The notes under the pieces: model-generated | What the model was told of the DNA's origin: nothing | Databases searched by the model: none | The model's input: only the letters and a program-made list of their open reading frames with translations | Position numbers and translations under genes: made by a program | Part shown: positions 54,542 through 63,262 of the stretch, piece by piece | Layout: every line of letters starts with the position of its first letter | Position numbering within the stretch: the stretch's first letter is position 1 | From: an archaeon HR01 | GTDB taxonomy: Archaea > Thermoproteota > Nitrososphaeria_A > Caldarchaeales > Caldarchaeaceae | Direction: 5' to 3' | DNA: 64,000 nucleotides | NCBI GenBank assembly: GCA_002898355.1 | Contig: BEHD01000010.1 | Location: 2,637-66,636 of the forward strand

Positions 54542-55942
54542 GTGCAGGTGTCAGAGGCTCTACCTGGAAGAGAATGGGCCTCAGCCTACGTAACTGCAGA
54601 ACAAATGGTTCAGAGTATATATATTCAGGGAGGTGCTGCATGTTGGATGAGCCCACACTATTTAGAGGTGGATTCTTCATCGGTGGCTGAAGCCGTTGCC
54701 AAGATTCATGGTCTGAGGGGGGATTTGAGGTCGTTGGCAGAGTATGTCAGGCCTGTTGTGGAGGATGTCAGGCTTAGGGGTGACGAGGCCATATTGGAGT
54801 ATGCACGGAGGTTTGACGGTGTCTCACTGGAGAAAAGTACTCTGAGGGTTCAGAACTCGGAGATGGATGCGGCCTTTAGGCGGGTTGGGGGGCAGCTTAG
54901 GAGGGCTTTAGAGAAGGCTGAGGAGAATATACGGGCCTTGGCTAGGCTTCAGCTGTCAAGGCTCAGATTTTCCAGGCGTATCGTCTCAGGTGTGGAGATT
55001 GTCCAGAGGCCGCTGCCTCTTGCTAGTGTTGGATGCTATGTGCCCGGCGGTTCAGCCGCATATCCTAGCACGGCGTTGATGACCTCCATCCCTGCAAAGG
55101 TCGCCGGTGTTGAGAGGGTGGTTGTATGCACCCCGGCCGGACGTGATGGGAGAATCCCTGACCCCGTATTGGCTGCCCTTAAGATTGTTGGGGTTGATGA
55201 GGTGTACCGTGTTGGAGGACCCCACGCCATAGCCGCGATGGCCTACGGCACTGAGACTATACAGGCCGTGGATAAGATTGTAGGGCCCGGGGGCCCCTAC
55301 GTTACGGCGGCCAAGTATGTAGTGTCAGCTGATGTGGCCGTGGACATGCTGGCAGGCGCAACCGAGCTGGTGGTCTATGCTGAGAAGGTGGATGAGGCTG
55401 AGGATGCGGCCTATGAGGTCTGCGCCCAAGCTGAACACAGCAGAGACACAGTGGTGGGTGTTGTTACAACATCTCGGGAGGTGGCTGATGAGGTCTCAAG
55501 ATATATAGGACTGCTCTTGTCCAGGGTTGAGAGGTCGTCCATAGTGTCCGAGTCCTGGACGAAGAATGGTTTCATAGCAATATGTGATAGCGTCTCCACC
55601 GCAGCCCGGCTAATAAACGGGGTGGCCCCCGAGCATCTCGCAATAGTCTCATCCAACCCCAAGAGACTGGCCTCTAAGATAGTGAACGCCGGACTGATAT
55701 CTATCGGCCGATATACTTCACCAGCCCTCTGCGACTACATCGTTGGAGCGAACCACGTCCTCCCCACCCACGGGCTTGCCAGGGTTAGGGCTGGGTTGGG
55801 GGTTTACGACTTCGTGAAGACCGTTTCTACTGTGAGGGTGTCTAAGGGTGCTGCCCGTAGGCTGGGAGGTGTCGCTGCAGCTATTGCTAGGGCTGAGGGG
55901 CTGGAATGCCATGCTGTCGCTGTGGAGAGGTGGAGAAGATGA
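54542..55942 (+). CDS. hisD: histidinol dehydrogenase
   Basis: HisD core (…GDEAILEYARRFDG…, Zn-binding His/Asp/Glu pattern). The 5' end is uncertain: GTG at 54542 or ATG at 54647. Confidence 0.8.
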   Translation: MQVSEALPGREWASAYVTAEQMVQSIYIQGGAACWMSPHYLEVDSSSVAEAVAKIHGLRGDLRSLAEYVRPVVEDVRLRGDEAILEYARRFDGVSLEKSTLRVQNSEMDAAFRRVGGQLRRALEKAEENIRALARLQLSRLRFSRRIVSGVEIVQRPLPLASVGCYVPGGSAAYPSTALMTSIPAKVAGVERVVVCTPAGRDGRIPDPVLAALKIVGVDEVYRVGGPHAIAAMAYGTETIQAVDKIVGPGGPYVTAAKYVVSADVAVDMLAGATELVVYAEKVDEAEDAAYEVCAQAEHSRDTVVGVVTTSREVADEVSRYIGLLLSRVERSSIVSESWTKNGFIAICDSVSTAARLINGVAPEHLAIVSSNPKRLASKIVNAGLISIGRYTSPALCDYIVGANHVLPTHGLARVRAGLGVYDFVKTVSTVRVSKGAARRLGGVAAAIARAEGLECHAVAVERWRR

Positions 55943-56514
55943 GGCTTAGCAGGGTGGAGAGAAAGACGGGGGAGACCGAGATTGTTGCGGAGCTGAACCT
56001 CGACGGCTCCGGCATCTCCGAGGTTAGTACGGGCTATAGGTTTCTAGACCACATGGTTATGACACTTTCTAAGCATTCACTGATAGATATCAAACTAAGG
56101 GCTGTCGGCGACCTTAGGCATCACACCGTGGAGGACTGCGGCATCACTATCGGACAGGGAATCTCCAAAGCACTCTCCGACAGGGCAGGGATTAGGCGAT
56201 ACGGCTACAGCATAGTACCCATGGATGAGGCCGTGGCCTACGCAGCCGTCGACCTTGTGAAGAGGCCGAAGTCTGTGGTTAGGTTCGGAGCCCGAGGAAA
56301 TGTGATAGAGGATACACCCATCAGTGAGATAGCCCACTTCCTTGACAGCCTCATAATATCTATGGAGGCCACGGCCCATGTCAAGGCATTAGCAGGCCTG
56401 GATGACCATCACAGGGTGGAGGCGTGCATCAAAGCATTCGCCCTTGCACTTAGGATGGCTGTAGAGCCTGATCCGAGACGTAGTGGCATACCCTCCACAA
56501 AAGGTATGATGTAG
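55939..56514 (+). CDS. hisB: imidazoleglycerol-phosphate dehydratase
   Basis: LSRVERKTGETEI...IDHHRVEACIKAFALAL. ATGA start/stop overlap with hisD. Confidence 0.85.
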   Translation: MRLSRVERKTGETEIVAELNLDGSGISEVSTGYRFLDHMVMTLSKHSLIDIKLRAVGDLRHHTVEDCGITIGQGISKALSDRAGIRRYGYSIVPMDEAVAYAAVDLVKRPKSVVRFGARGNVIEDTPISEIAHFLDSLIISMEATAHVKALAGLDDHHRVEACIKAFALALRMAVEPDPRRSGIPSTKGMM

Positions 56515-56551
56515 GGGAAGAGGCTTTAAGCATCCGTGGATATCTAATCTC

Positions 56552-57196
56552 ATGCCCCTTATAGATCTCTCACAGGAGATCAGCCCTCGTACACAGGTCT
56601 TCCCCACATACCCGACACCGTATTTTCTCCTCTGGACTAGGAGGGAGATATACGGGTTTGAGGCTGAGGTTTTGATGATGGCTGTACATACGGGAACACA
56701 TGTGGATGCACCATACCATTTCTCGCCGGAGGGTGTGGGGATAGATGAGGTGAGACCTGAAAAGCTGGTGGGGGAGGCTGTGGTGGCCGATTTACATGGC
56801 GTGGAAGAGCTGGAGCTGATAACCTTGGAGAGATTTCTGAAGTCGCTATCAACAGAGGTCAGGGAAGGCGACATCGTCTTGGTGCGGACAGGGTGGGATA
56901 GATACGTTGGCGATAGTAAATATGTAAAGTCATATCCAGGGCTCTCCAGAGAGGTTGCCGAGTATCTCGTTGATAGGAGGGTGTCAGCCTTGGGAATTGA
57001 CACACCCAACCCAGACCACCCCCAAGACAGCACCTTCCCAGTCCACAATACTCTTCTACCAAGAAACATCCTCATCATAGAGAATTTGGCAAACCTAGGC
57101 TCTGTATCAGGCCGTCGGATACGCTTTATCGGCCTTCCACTGAAGCTTAAAGGATTGAGCGGCTCACCTATCCGTGCCGTAGCGGAGGTGCCATAG
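56552..57196 (+). CDS. cyclase-family protein (kynurenine formamidase-like, PF04199)
   Basis: HTGTHVDAPYHF metal-binding signature. 214 aa. Confidence 0.65.
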   Translation: MPLIDLSQEISPRTQVFPTYPTPYFLLWTRREIYGFEAEVLMMAVHTGTHVDAPYHFSPEGVGIDEVRPEKLVGEAVVADLHGVEELELITLERFLKSLSTEVREGDIVLVRTGWDRYVGDSKYVKSYPGLSREVAEYLVDRRVSALGIDTPNPDHPQDSTFPVHNTLLPRNILIIENLANLGSVSGRRIRFIGLPLKLKGLSGSPIRAVAEVP

Positions 57197-57197
57197 C

Positions 57198-57728
57198 TCA
57201 TCGGGAGACCCATCTGCTGTTCCTCACATAGAAGCGGAGGAGCCTGTTCTTTCCTTTACTGACGCCTATACGCCTGCTCACAGCAACTTCATCCACCGCA
57301 TATCCATCATCCTCTACCCATACCTCATCAGAGGTGCAGAGGTCTATGCCGTCCAGTCTCCTGTCTATTTTCAAGGTTCTACAAAGCCTTCCAGGTCCGG
57401 TGGTACTTCCTTCAACGTTTTCAAGGGGTTCAGCAGACCTTATCAGAACAGCTTCACCCCCACCCCTAACAACATTCATGCAGTGGTTGTTGTGAACCAT
57501 GTAGACATAAAGTGTTCCAGGGCTCTTGAACATGCTTCTATTCCGTTTGGTCATGCCTTTGAATGCGTGGTTGGCTGGGTCATTCTTCACATATGCCTCC
57601 ACCTCAGTAATTCGGCATCTTATCACGGCGCCGTTCACAGACCTCACAAGTATCTTCCCCAGCAGCATCTTAGCCAGCTCTACCGTATCCCTGTCGTAGA
57701 AAGATGGGCCGAGCCTACTCCCAGCCAT
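57198..57728 (-). CDS. DNA-3-methyladenine glycosylase (AAG/MPG family)
   Basis: LGPSFYDRDTVELAKMLLGKILVRS...EVEAY...GMTKRNRSMFKSPGTLYVYMVHNNHCMNVV aligns with the human AAG core. Start set at MAGSRLG. Confidence 0.75.
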   Translation of the reverse strand: MAGSRLGPSFYDRDTVELAKMLLGKILVRSVNGAVIRCRITEVEAYVKNDPANHAFKGMTKRNRSMFKSPGTLYVYMVHNNHCMNVVRGGGEAVLIRSAEPLENVEGSTTGPGRLCRTLKIDRRLDGIDLCTSDEVWVEDDGYAVDEVAVSRRIGVSKGKNRLLRFYVRNSRWVSR

Positions 57729-59035
57729 ACATATTAAAGGCTGCGGAGCCATTAGAAAAACTAAAATCCCAACCATCACAAACTGTTAGCCGACCCCTTC
57801 TGAAGATAATTGCAGACCTACAGATACACAGCAGGTTTTCAGGAGCCACATCCAGCAGGATGAATCTTAGAGAGATTACCAGCTTCGCCAAGATGAAGGG
57901 TTTAAACCTGCTGGGCACGGGAGACGCCCTCCATCCTGTGTGGCTTGAGGAGCTGAGGGCCGGACTGGAGCCTTCGGAGGGTGAGGGCGTATATAGGCCG
58001 AGGCATGACCCGGAAGCCAATGTCCACTTCATAGTCCAGACAGAGGTGGCGACTGTACACAGCTATGGGGGGAAGGCTAGACGCATACACCACGTGATTC
58101 TGATGCCTGACCTCGATATGGCTGAGCAGGTGAGGGATATTTTGAAGGGCTATGGAAACCTTGACAGCGATGGCAGACCTGTCCTCAACATGTCACCAGC
58201 CCATCTCGTGGAGATGGTGATGGAGCTCTCCAGCCAGAGCATCATATTCCCAGCCCACGCATGGACACCGTGGTGGTCCATATTCGGAGCCTTTGGAGGA
58301 GTGGACCATATAGAGGAGTGCTACGAGGATATGACAAAGCATATCCACGCCATAGAGACGGGACTATCCAGCGACCCATCCATGAACTGGAGGGTGAGCT
58401 GGCTGGACGGCTATGTGCTTCTTAGCTCTTCGGACGCCCACAGCCCCTACCCCTTCAGGATAGGGAGGGAGGCTGTAGTCTTCGAGCTTGGCAGGCTCAC
58501 GTATAGGGAGCTGGTGGAGGCCGTAAGAATGAGGGATAGGGAGAAGATCTTGATGACCCTTGAGGTCCCGCCTGCGTATGGCAAATACCACTGGTCGGGG
58601 CATAGGGAGTGTGGGGTGGGGCCCCTCAGCCCTCGAGATGCAAAAAAGCTGGCCTACAGATGTCCAGTATGTGGTGGGAGGCTGACCAAGGGTGTGGAGG
58701 ATAGGGTGGAGGAGCTGGCCGATAGAGAGCCCGGCTACACGCCAGCGGACGCCATACCTTTCAAAACCATGATACCGCTACAGGAGCTCATGGCCCTCTC
58801 GATGGGGCTTGGCCCAGACTATGAGGCAAAGCTGATGAGCCGGAAGATCTGGAACACATATGAGAGGATGATTTACAGGCTGGGGAGCGAGTATGCAATA
58901 CTGTTGGATATATCGATAGATATGATACGTCAGGAGGCGGGTCCCAGGCTAGCCTCTATGGTGGAGCTGATGCGTAAGGGTATGCTGGAGATAGTTCCCG
59001 GATATGACGGAGTGTATGGGAGGCTTGTGTTCTAA
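57704..59035 (+). CDS. PHP-domain nuclease with C-terminal zinc finger (EndoQ-like)
   Basis: N-terminal PHP H-x-H (IADLQIHSRFS), further His/Asp metal ligands, C-terminal HRECG...YRCPVCGG. 443 aa, similar size to EndoQ. Start codon uncertain (overlaps the divergent AAG gene). Confidence 0.45.
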   Translation: MGRAYSQPYILKAAEPLEKLKSQPSQTVSRPLLKIIADLQIHSRFSGATSSRMNLREITSFAKMKGLNLLGTGDALHPVWLEELRAGLEPSEGEGVYRPRHDPEANVHFIVQTEVATVHSYGGKARRIHHVILMPDLDMAEQVRDILKGYGNLDSDGRPVLNMSPAHLVEMVMELSSQSIIFPAHAWTPWWSIFGAFGGVDHIEECYEDMTKHIHAIETGLSSDPSMNWRVSWLDGYVLLSSSDAHSPYPFRIGREAVVFELGRLTYRELVEAVRMRDREKILMTLEVPPAYGKYHWSGHRECGVGPLSPRDAKKLAYRCPVCGGRLTKGVEDRVEELADREPGYTPADAIPFKTMIPLQELMALSMGLGPDYEAKLMSRKIWNTYERMIYRLGSEYAILLDISIDMIRQEAGPRLASMVELMRKGMLEIVPGYDGVYGRLVF

Positions 59036-59115
59036 TAAATTTATAAATAGTTTCGGGATTGACGCTTATATTTTGCTGTTTTTCTCTCCCTTTCACCCGG
59101 TTCGGGGGTGTTCTC

Positions 59116-60744
59116 ATGGTCAAGTGGAAGACTTTACAGCATAACGGGGTTGCCTTGCCCCCACCATATGAGCCGAAGGGGCTCAGTATATGGATAAGGG
59201 GGGAGAAGATACCCCTCACACCTCTACAGGAGGAGATGGCCTATGCTTGGGCGCTCAAGAAAGATACACAATATGTTAGAGATCCCGTATTCGTCAGAAA
59301 CTTTCTCAAGGATTTCCTAGCGACCTTCGATGAAAGATTCAGAGACGCAACCATTGAGGAGATAGACTTCGGCGAGGTCTTCCAATATGTTGATAGGGAG
59401 AGGGAGCTGAAGAAGGACAAGGAATATAGGAAGAAAATTTCGGCGGAGAGGAAGAAAAAGAGGGAGGAGCTTAAGAACATCTATGGATACGCCGTGGTTG
59501 ATGGTAAGAAGGTTGAGGTGGGGAACTGGATGGTGGAGCCTCCAGGGATCTTTATGGGTAGGGGTGAGCACCCACTACGGGGTAGGTGGAAGCCGAGGAT
59601 ATATGAGGAGGATATCACGCTCAACCTTGGCGAGGAAGCACCTATTCCACCGGGCAACTGGGGACAGATAGTCCACGACCATAATTCGATGTGGCTGGCC
59701 AGATGGAATGATAAGCTGACCGGGAAGGAAAAATATGTATGGCTCTCCGATACGGCAGACCTCAAGCAGAAGAGGGATAGGGAGAAGTATGAGAAGGCAC
59801 GGATGCTGGAGAAGCATGTAGAGGATGTGAGGGCTGCAATCCTGAAGACCATGGAGTCGGAAGACCCTCGAAAACGGAAGATTGCACTGGCTTGTTTCCT
59901 GATTGATAGGCTGGCTATGAGGGTTGGCGATGAGAAGGACCCTGACGAGGCTGATACTGTAGGCGCCACCACACTGAGGGTTGAGCATGTGAAGCTCTCA
60001 GGCACAAAGGTCTCCTTCGACTTCTTAGGCAAGGACAGTGTACGCTGGCAGAAGGAGATAGACTTGAGGAATGAGCCTCCTATAGTTCATAAGGCCCTTT
60101 CAGAGCTCCTGGAAGGGAAGAGGCCGGGGGACCAGATATTCGACGGCATATCCAGCAGGTCTGTTAACAATTTTCTCGGCAAGCTTTTGAAGGGGTTGAC
60201 GGCCAAGGTCTTCAGAACATTCCTGGCCACAAAAGTTGTGAAGGATAGTCTGAGGAATGTGCCTCTCGAGAAGGCTAAGACCTCAGAGCAGGCCGCCATC
60301 TATTATGCAAAGCTGGCCAACCTCAACGCAGCCATAACCTGCAACCATAAGAGGGCGCCGCCCAAGAACTGGGAGAACTCCATAGCGAAGAAGGAGGAGG
60401 CCGTGAAGAGGATTGAAGAGCAGATAAGTGAGGCTAGAAGGGATAAGAAGAAGAGGAAGAAGCTGGAGAAGCTCCGGGAGAGGTTGGAGAAGGCCCGCTA
60501 TAATCTAGATCTGGCCCTTAAGACGCGGGACTACAACCTCAACACATCGCTGAGAAACTACATAGACCCCAGGGTCTATAAGGCTTGGGGATTAATTACG
60601 GGGATGGATTGGAGGCGCATATATTCGGCTAGCCTTCAGCGGAAGTTTAAATGGGTTGAGCGGGCTTCAGTCAAGGAGTTTGTCGCCGAGATAATCTCCG
60701 CTCCAGAGCTGAAGGCTCAGGCGGTCACACAGGTTGGAAGCTGA
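59116..60744 (+). CDS. DNA topoisomerase IB, eukaryotic type
   Basis: N-terminal KWKTLQHNGVALPPPYEPKG matches the TOP1 core. Catalytic-Tyr box TSLRNYIDPRVYKAW (SKxxY). Start set at MVKWK (the ORF-track start at 59059 adds an unlikely extension). Confidence 0.85.
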   Translation: MVKWKTLQHNGVALPPPYEPKGLSIWIRGEKIPLTPLQEEMAYAWALKKDTQYVRDPVFVRNFLKDFLATFDERFRDATIEEIDFGEVFQYVDRERELKKDKEYRKKISAERKKKREELKNIYGYAVVDGKKVEVGNWMVEPPGIFMGRGEHPLRGRWKPRIYEEDITLNLGEEAPIPPGNWGQIVHDHNSMWLARWNDKLTGKEKYVWLSDTADLKQKRDREKYEKARMLEKHVEDVRAAILKTMESEDPRKRKIALACFLIDRLAMRVGDEKDPDEADTVGATTLRVEHVKLSGTKVSFDFLGKDSVRWQKEIDLRNEPPIVHKALSELLEGKRPGDQIFDGISSRSVNNFLGKLLKGLTAKVFRTFLATKVVKDSLRNVPLEKAKTSEQAAIYYAKLANLNAAITCNHKRAPPKNWENSIAKKEEAVKRIEEQISEARRDKKKRKKLEKLRERLEKARYNLDLALKTRDYNLNTSLRNYIDPRVYKAWGLITGMDWRRIYSASLQRKFKWVERASVKEFVAEIISAPELKAQAVTQVGS

Positions 60745-61450
60745 GAAGCAGGCCATCAGGAAAGCGGTTTGGGATAGGCTGGAGAGAGCAGGTGTCGCAC
60801 GTTTCCCACGACCTGTGGTGGGTAGGATACCTAACTTCATAGGCTCCGAAGCTGCTGCGGAGATGCTGAGGAGGTCTGAATCCTACATCTCGGCTACGAC
60901 GGTAAAGGTGAACCCGGACGCTCCCCAGAGACCGGTCCGGGAGATGGCCCTCAGGGATGGGAAGACACTAATCATGCCCACGCCACGTATAAGGCATGGG
61001 TTCCTAGTTTTGAGAGCCGGTGATGTTCCAAAATCCATGTTGAGGCGGGCGTCAACCATAGGCGGCATGTTTGAGCTGGCCCGAAAAGTGGAGTCCGCCG
61101 CCCTACCCCATGTCGACCTAGTTGTGGTAGGCTCAGTGGCAGTTACGGGGGATGGATGGAGGCTGGGTAAGGGTGAGGGATACGCCGAGCTGGAGTATGC
61201 AATCCTCCGTGAGATGAAAGTCTTGGACCCAGATACTCCCGTATTCACAACGGTACACAACCTCCAGCTGGTCGAGAGGATACCGCACACAGCCTACGAC
61301 CTGCCTGTGGATAAAATCTTCACCAACACGACAGTCATAGAATGCCCGAGGCAGCCAAAGCCAGAGGGGATTATGTGGGAGATGCTTAAACCTGAGAAGC
61401 TGGCGGAGATACCGCTGCTGGCCGAGATATATAGAAGGCGGAAAACCTAG
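60734..61450 (+). CDS. 5-formyltetrahydrofolate cyclo-ligase-family protein
   Basis: MTHFS-like pattern with LGKGEGYAELEY (GxGxGY[YA][DE]). 238 aa. Confidence 0.5.
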   Translation: MEAEKQAIRKAVWDRLERAGVARFPRPVVGRIPNFIGSEAAAEMLRRSESYISATTVKVNPDAPQRPVREMALRDGKTLIMPTPRIRHGFLVLRAGDVPKSMLRRASTIGGMFELARKVESAALPHVDLVVVGSVAVTGDGWRLGKGEGYAELEYAILREMKVLDPDTPVFTTVHNLQLVERIPHTAYDLPVDKIFTNTTVIECPRQPKPEGIMWEMLKPEKLAEIPLLAEIYRRRKT

Positions 61451-61872
61451 ACAGGTTTTTGCGTATCTGGCCGCATTATCCTGGGTAGGCTCCAGCGCCG
61501 ATGCGTCATGGGCAGGCATTATCTCATAGAAGCTTCCCGGAAGAAGCTCTGTCTCACCTCCATCCTCTGACACTATCTTGAGACGACCAGATATGGTATA
61601 CCCTATGTGGTGGAGCTGACAGCTATCAGTCTTCGCAATTGGCTTGGACCACCTTCAGCTAGGCTGAAGAGTTATTCGTAGAAGGGAGAATCCTCCAAGT
61701 TAACCAACTCTGCCCTTCCGTTCTCAAAACTTCTTACCTCGTTAGGCGACTCCACTTTCCTGTTCTTTATTGATATGAGGGGCAACGGTCCCCGAACCTA
61801 TTAAGGGTGTGTGGGAGACCGATATTTAGGTAGTCCGTCCTTGCTTAATAGCCTGACCGAACATGTAATAAC

Positions 61873-62280
61873 ATGTCAGTTGAGATGGAGAGAGTATTGC
61901 GTAAGGCTGTGGATTCATACAACGCTGGAAATCTAGGCGTGATTGATGAGTTGTGTGATAGGGGGTTTGTCTATCATGGGAACGGTGAAGAGGCTCTGAC
62001 GAGGGATGGGTTGACACGGTTTATCCGTGGAATGATAGCCGCCTTCCCGGATATGCACATCCGTGTGGACGACCTCTTCTCCCAAGGCGACAGACTATGC
62101 TACCGCATAACAATAACGGGAACCCACAAAGGTGAGCTGATGGGGCTACCACCTACAGGGAAGAAGATATCGCTGAGGTCGATTGGTATAATGCGGTTCA
62201 AAGATGGTAAGATTGTGGAAGAGTGGGAAAACTACGACGAGCTGGGGATGCTGCGTCAGCTGGGTGCCATAAGAGACTAG
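61873..62280 (+). CDS. SnoaL-like / NTF2-like ester cyclase family protein
   Basis: 135 aa. DSYNAGNLGVIDEL...FVYHG...EEWENYD pattern of SnoaL-like cyclases. Confidence 0.5.
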   Translation: MSVEMERVLRKAVDSYNAGNLGVIDELCDRGFVYHGNGEEALTRDGLTRFIRGMIAAFPDMHIRVDDLFSQGDRLCYRITITGTHKGELMGLPPTGKKISLRSIGIMRFKDGKIVEEWENYDELGMLRQLGAIRD

Positions 62281-62446
62281 ACCCCAACCATTTTGATGCC
62301 TGTAGATGAGCTGTAGTGGATAGGCTTCCCCAACATTTTACTGGCGTAACCGATGGGTTATATGAATCGTGGGTTGTGGACAAATACCTCTCGAGATAGG
62401 AGTTAGGGATATATCATATATAAATGCTGTCGGTGAATATATACTG

Positions 62447-62458
62447 TATATGCATATA
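62447..62458. promoter_or_regulatory. 12-bp perfect palindrome TATATGCATATA within AT-rich promoter region upstream of dsrE-like gene
   Basis: Read from sequence. About 40 bp upstream of the 62499 start codon. May simply be a TATA box, or an operator. Confidence 0.35.
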
Positions 62459-62498
62459 ACATATTAGGAAAATCGAATATTTTAATGAACGAGGAAAC

Positions 62499-62999
62499 AT
62501 GACCCAAATAACCCAGAACGTATTGGGGGAGAAGACCCCTACAGCCAACAAGCTCTCCATAATCCTCTCCAAGGGAACCCTCGACATGGCCTACCCGGCG
62601 CTTATGCTGGCCAACGCCGCGGCCACGATGGGGATGGAGGTCCACCTCTTCTTCACCTTCTGGGGGATGAACGTCATCGACAAGAGGAAGGTATCCAAGC
62701 TTAAGGTCTCACCCGTTGGAAACCCAGGCCTACCCATGCCCAACATATTGGGCGTCATCCCCGGCATGACAGCCCTAGTTACCAGGATGTTGAAAAACCG
62801 AATCAACAAGCAGAATGTTCCCTCCATATACGAGCTTATCAAGACGGCCAAAGAAAACGGTGTAAAATTCCACGCATGCTCTACCACTATGGATGTGATG
62901 GGGTTGAAGATGAAGGACTTTATTGCGGAAGTGGATGATGTCGTTGGCGCTGCCACATTCATACAGTTGAGCGAGGGAGGCCAAGTAATCTTCATCTAG
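62499..62999 (+). CDS. DsrE/DsrF-family sulfur-relay protein
   Basis: DsrE fold pattern (LSIILSKGTLD...GMEVHLFFTFWG...FHACSTTMDVMG with conserved Cys). Confidence 0.7.
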   Translation: MTQITQNVLGEKTPTANKLSIILSKGTLDMAYPALMLANAAATMGMEVHLFFTFWGMNVIDKRKVSKLKVSPVGNPGLPMPNILGVIPGMTALVTRMLKNRINKQNVPSIYELIKTAKENGVKFHACSTTMDVMGLKMKDFIAEVDDVVGAATFIQLSEGGQVIFI

Positions 63000-63013
63000 A
63001 CGGTGATGACACT

Positions 63014-63262
63014 ATGTCGCAGGCACAGCAGAGAAAAATAATTGATTCGAGGGGTAGCTTCTGCCCAGGCCCCCTCACAGACCTCTTCAAGGCATACAGG
63101 CAGGCCAAGAATGGAGATGTACTGGAGCTGTGGGCCACTGACCCAGCGGCGAAAAGCGATGTAACGGCGTGGGCCAGGAAGACGGGCAACGTAGTGGAGG
63201 AGATTAAGGAGGAGCAGGGCTATGTCAGAATTGTGGTGAGGGTGACGGGGAAGTCTGGATGA
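63014..63262 (+). CDS. tusA: TusA-like sulfurtransferase
   Basis: CPGPL (CPxP) active-site motif. 82 aa. Confidence 0.75.
   Translation: MSQAQQRKIIDSRGSFCPGPLTDLFKAYRQAKNGDVLELWATDPAAKSDVTAWARKTGNVVEEIKEEQGYVRIVVRVTGKSG

Noticed and set aside
59241-60032. Minus-strand ORFs (79-183 aa) within the topoisomerase IB gene
   Set aside because: Antisense to a well-supported gene. No family features.
61133-61573. 146-aa minus-strand ORF spanning the 5-FCL gene 3' end and the following gap
   Set aside because: Mostly antisense to the 5-FCL gene. No motif support. The intergenic part is reported instead as an unexplained non-coding gap.
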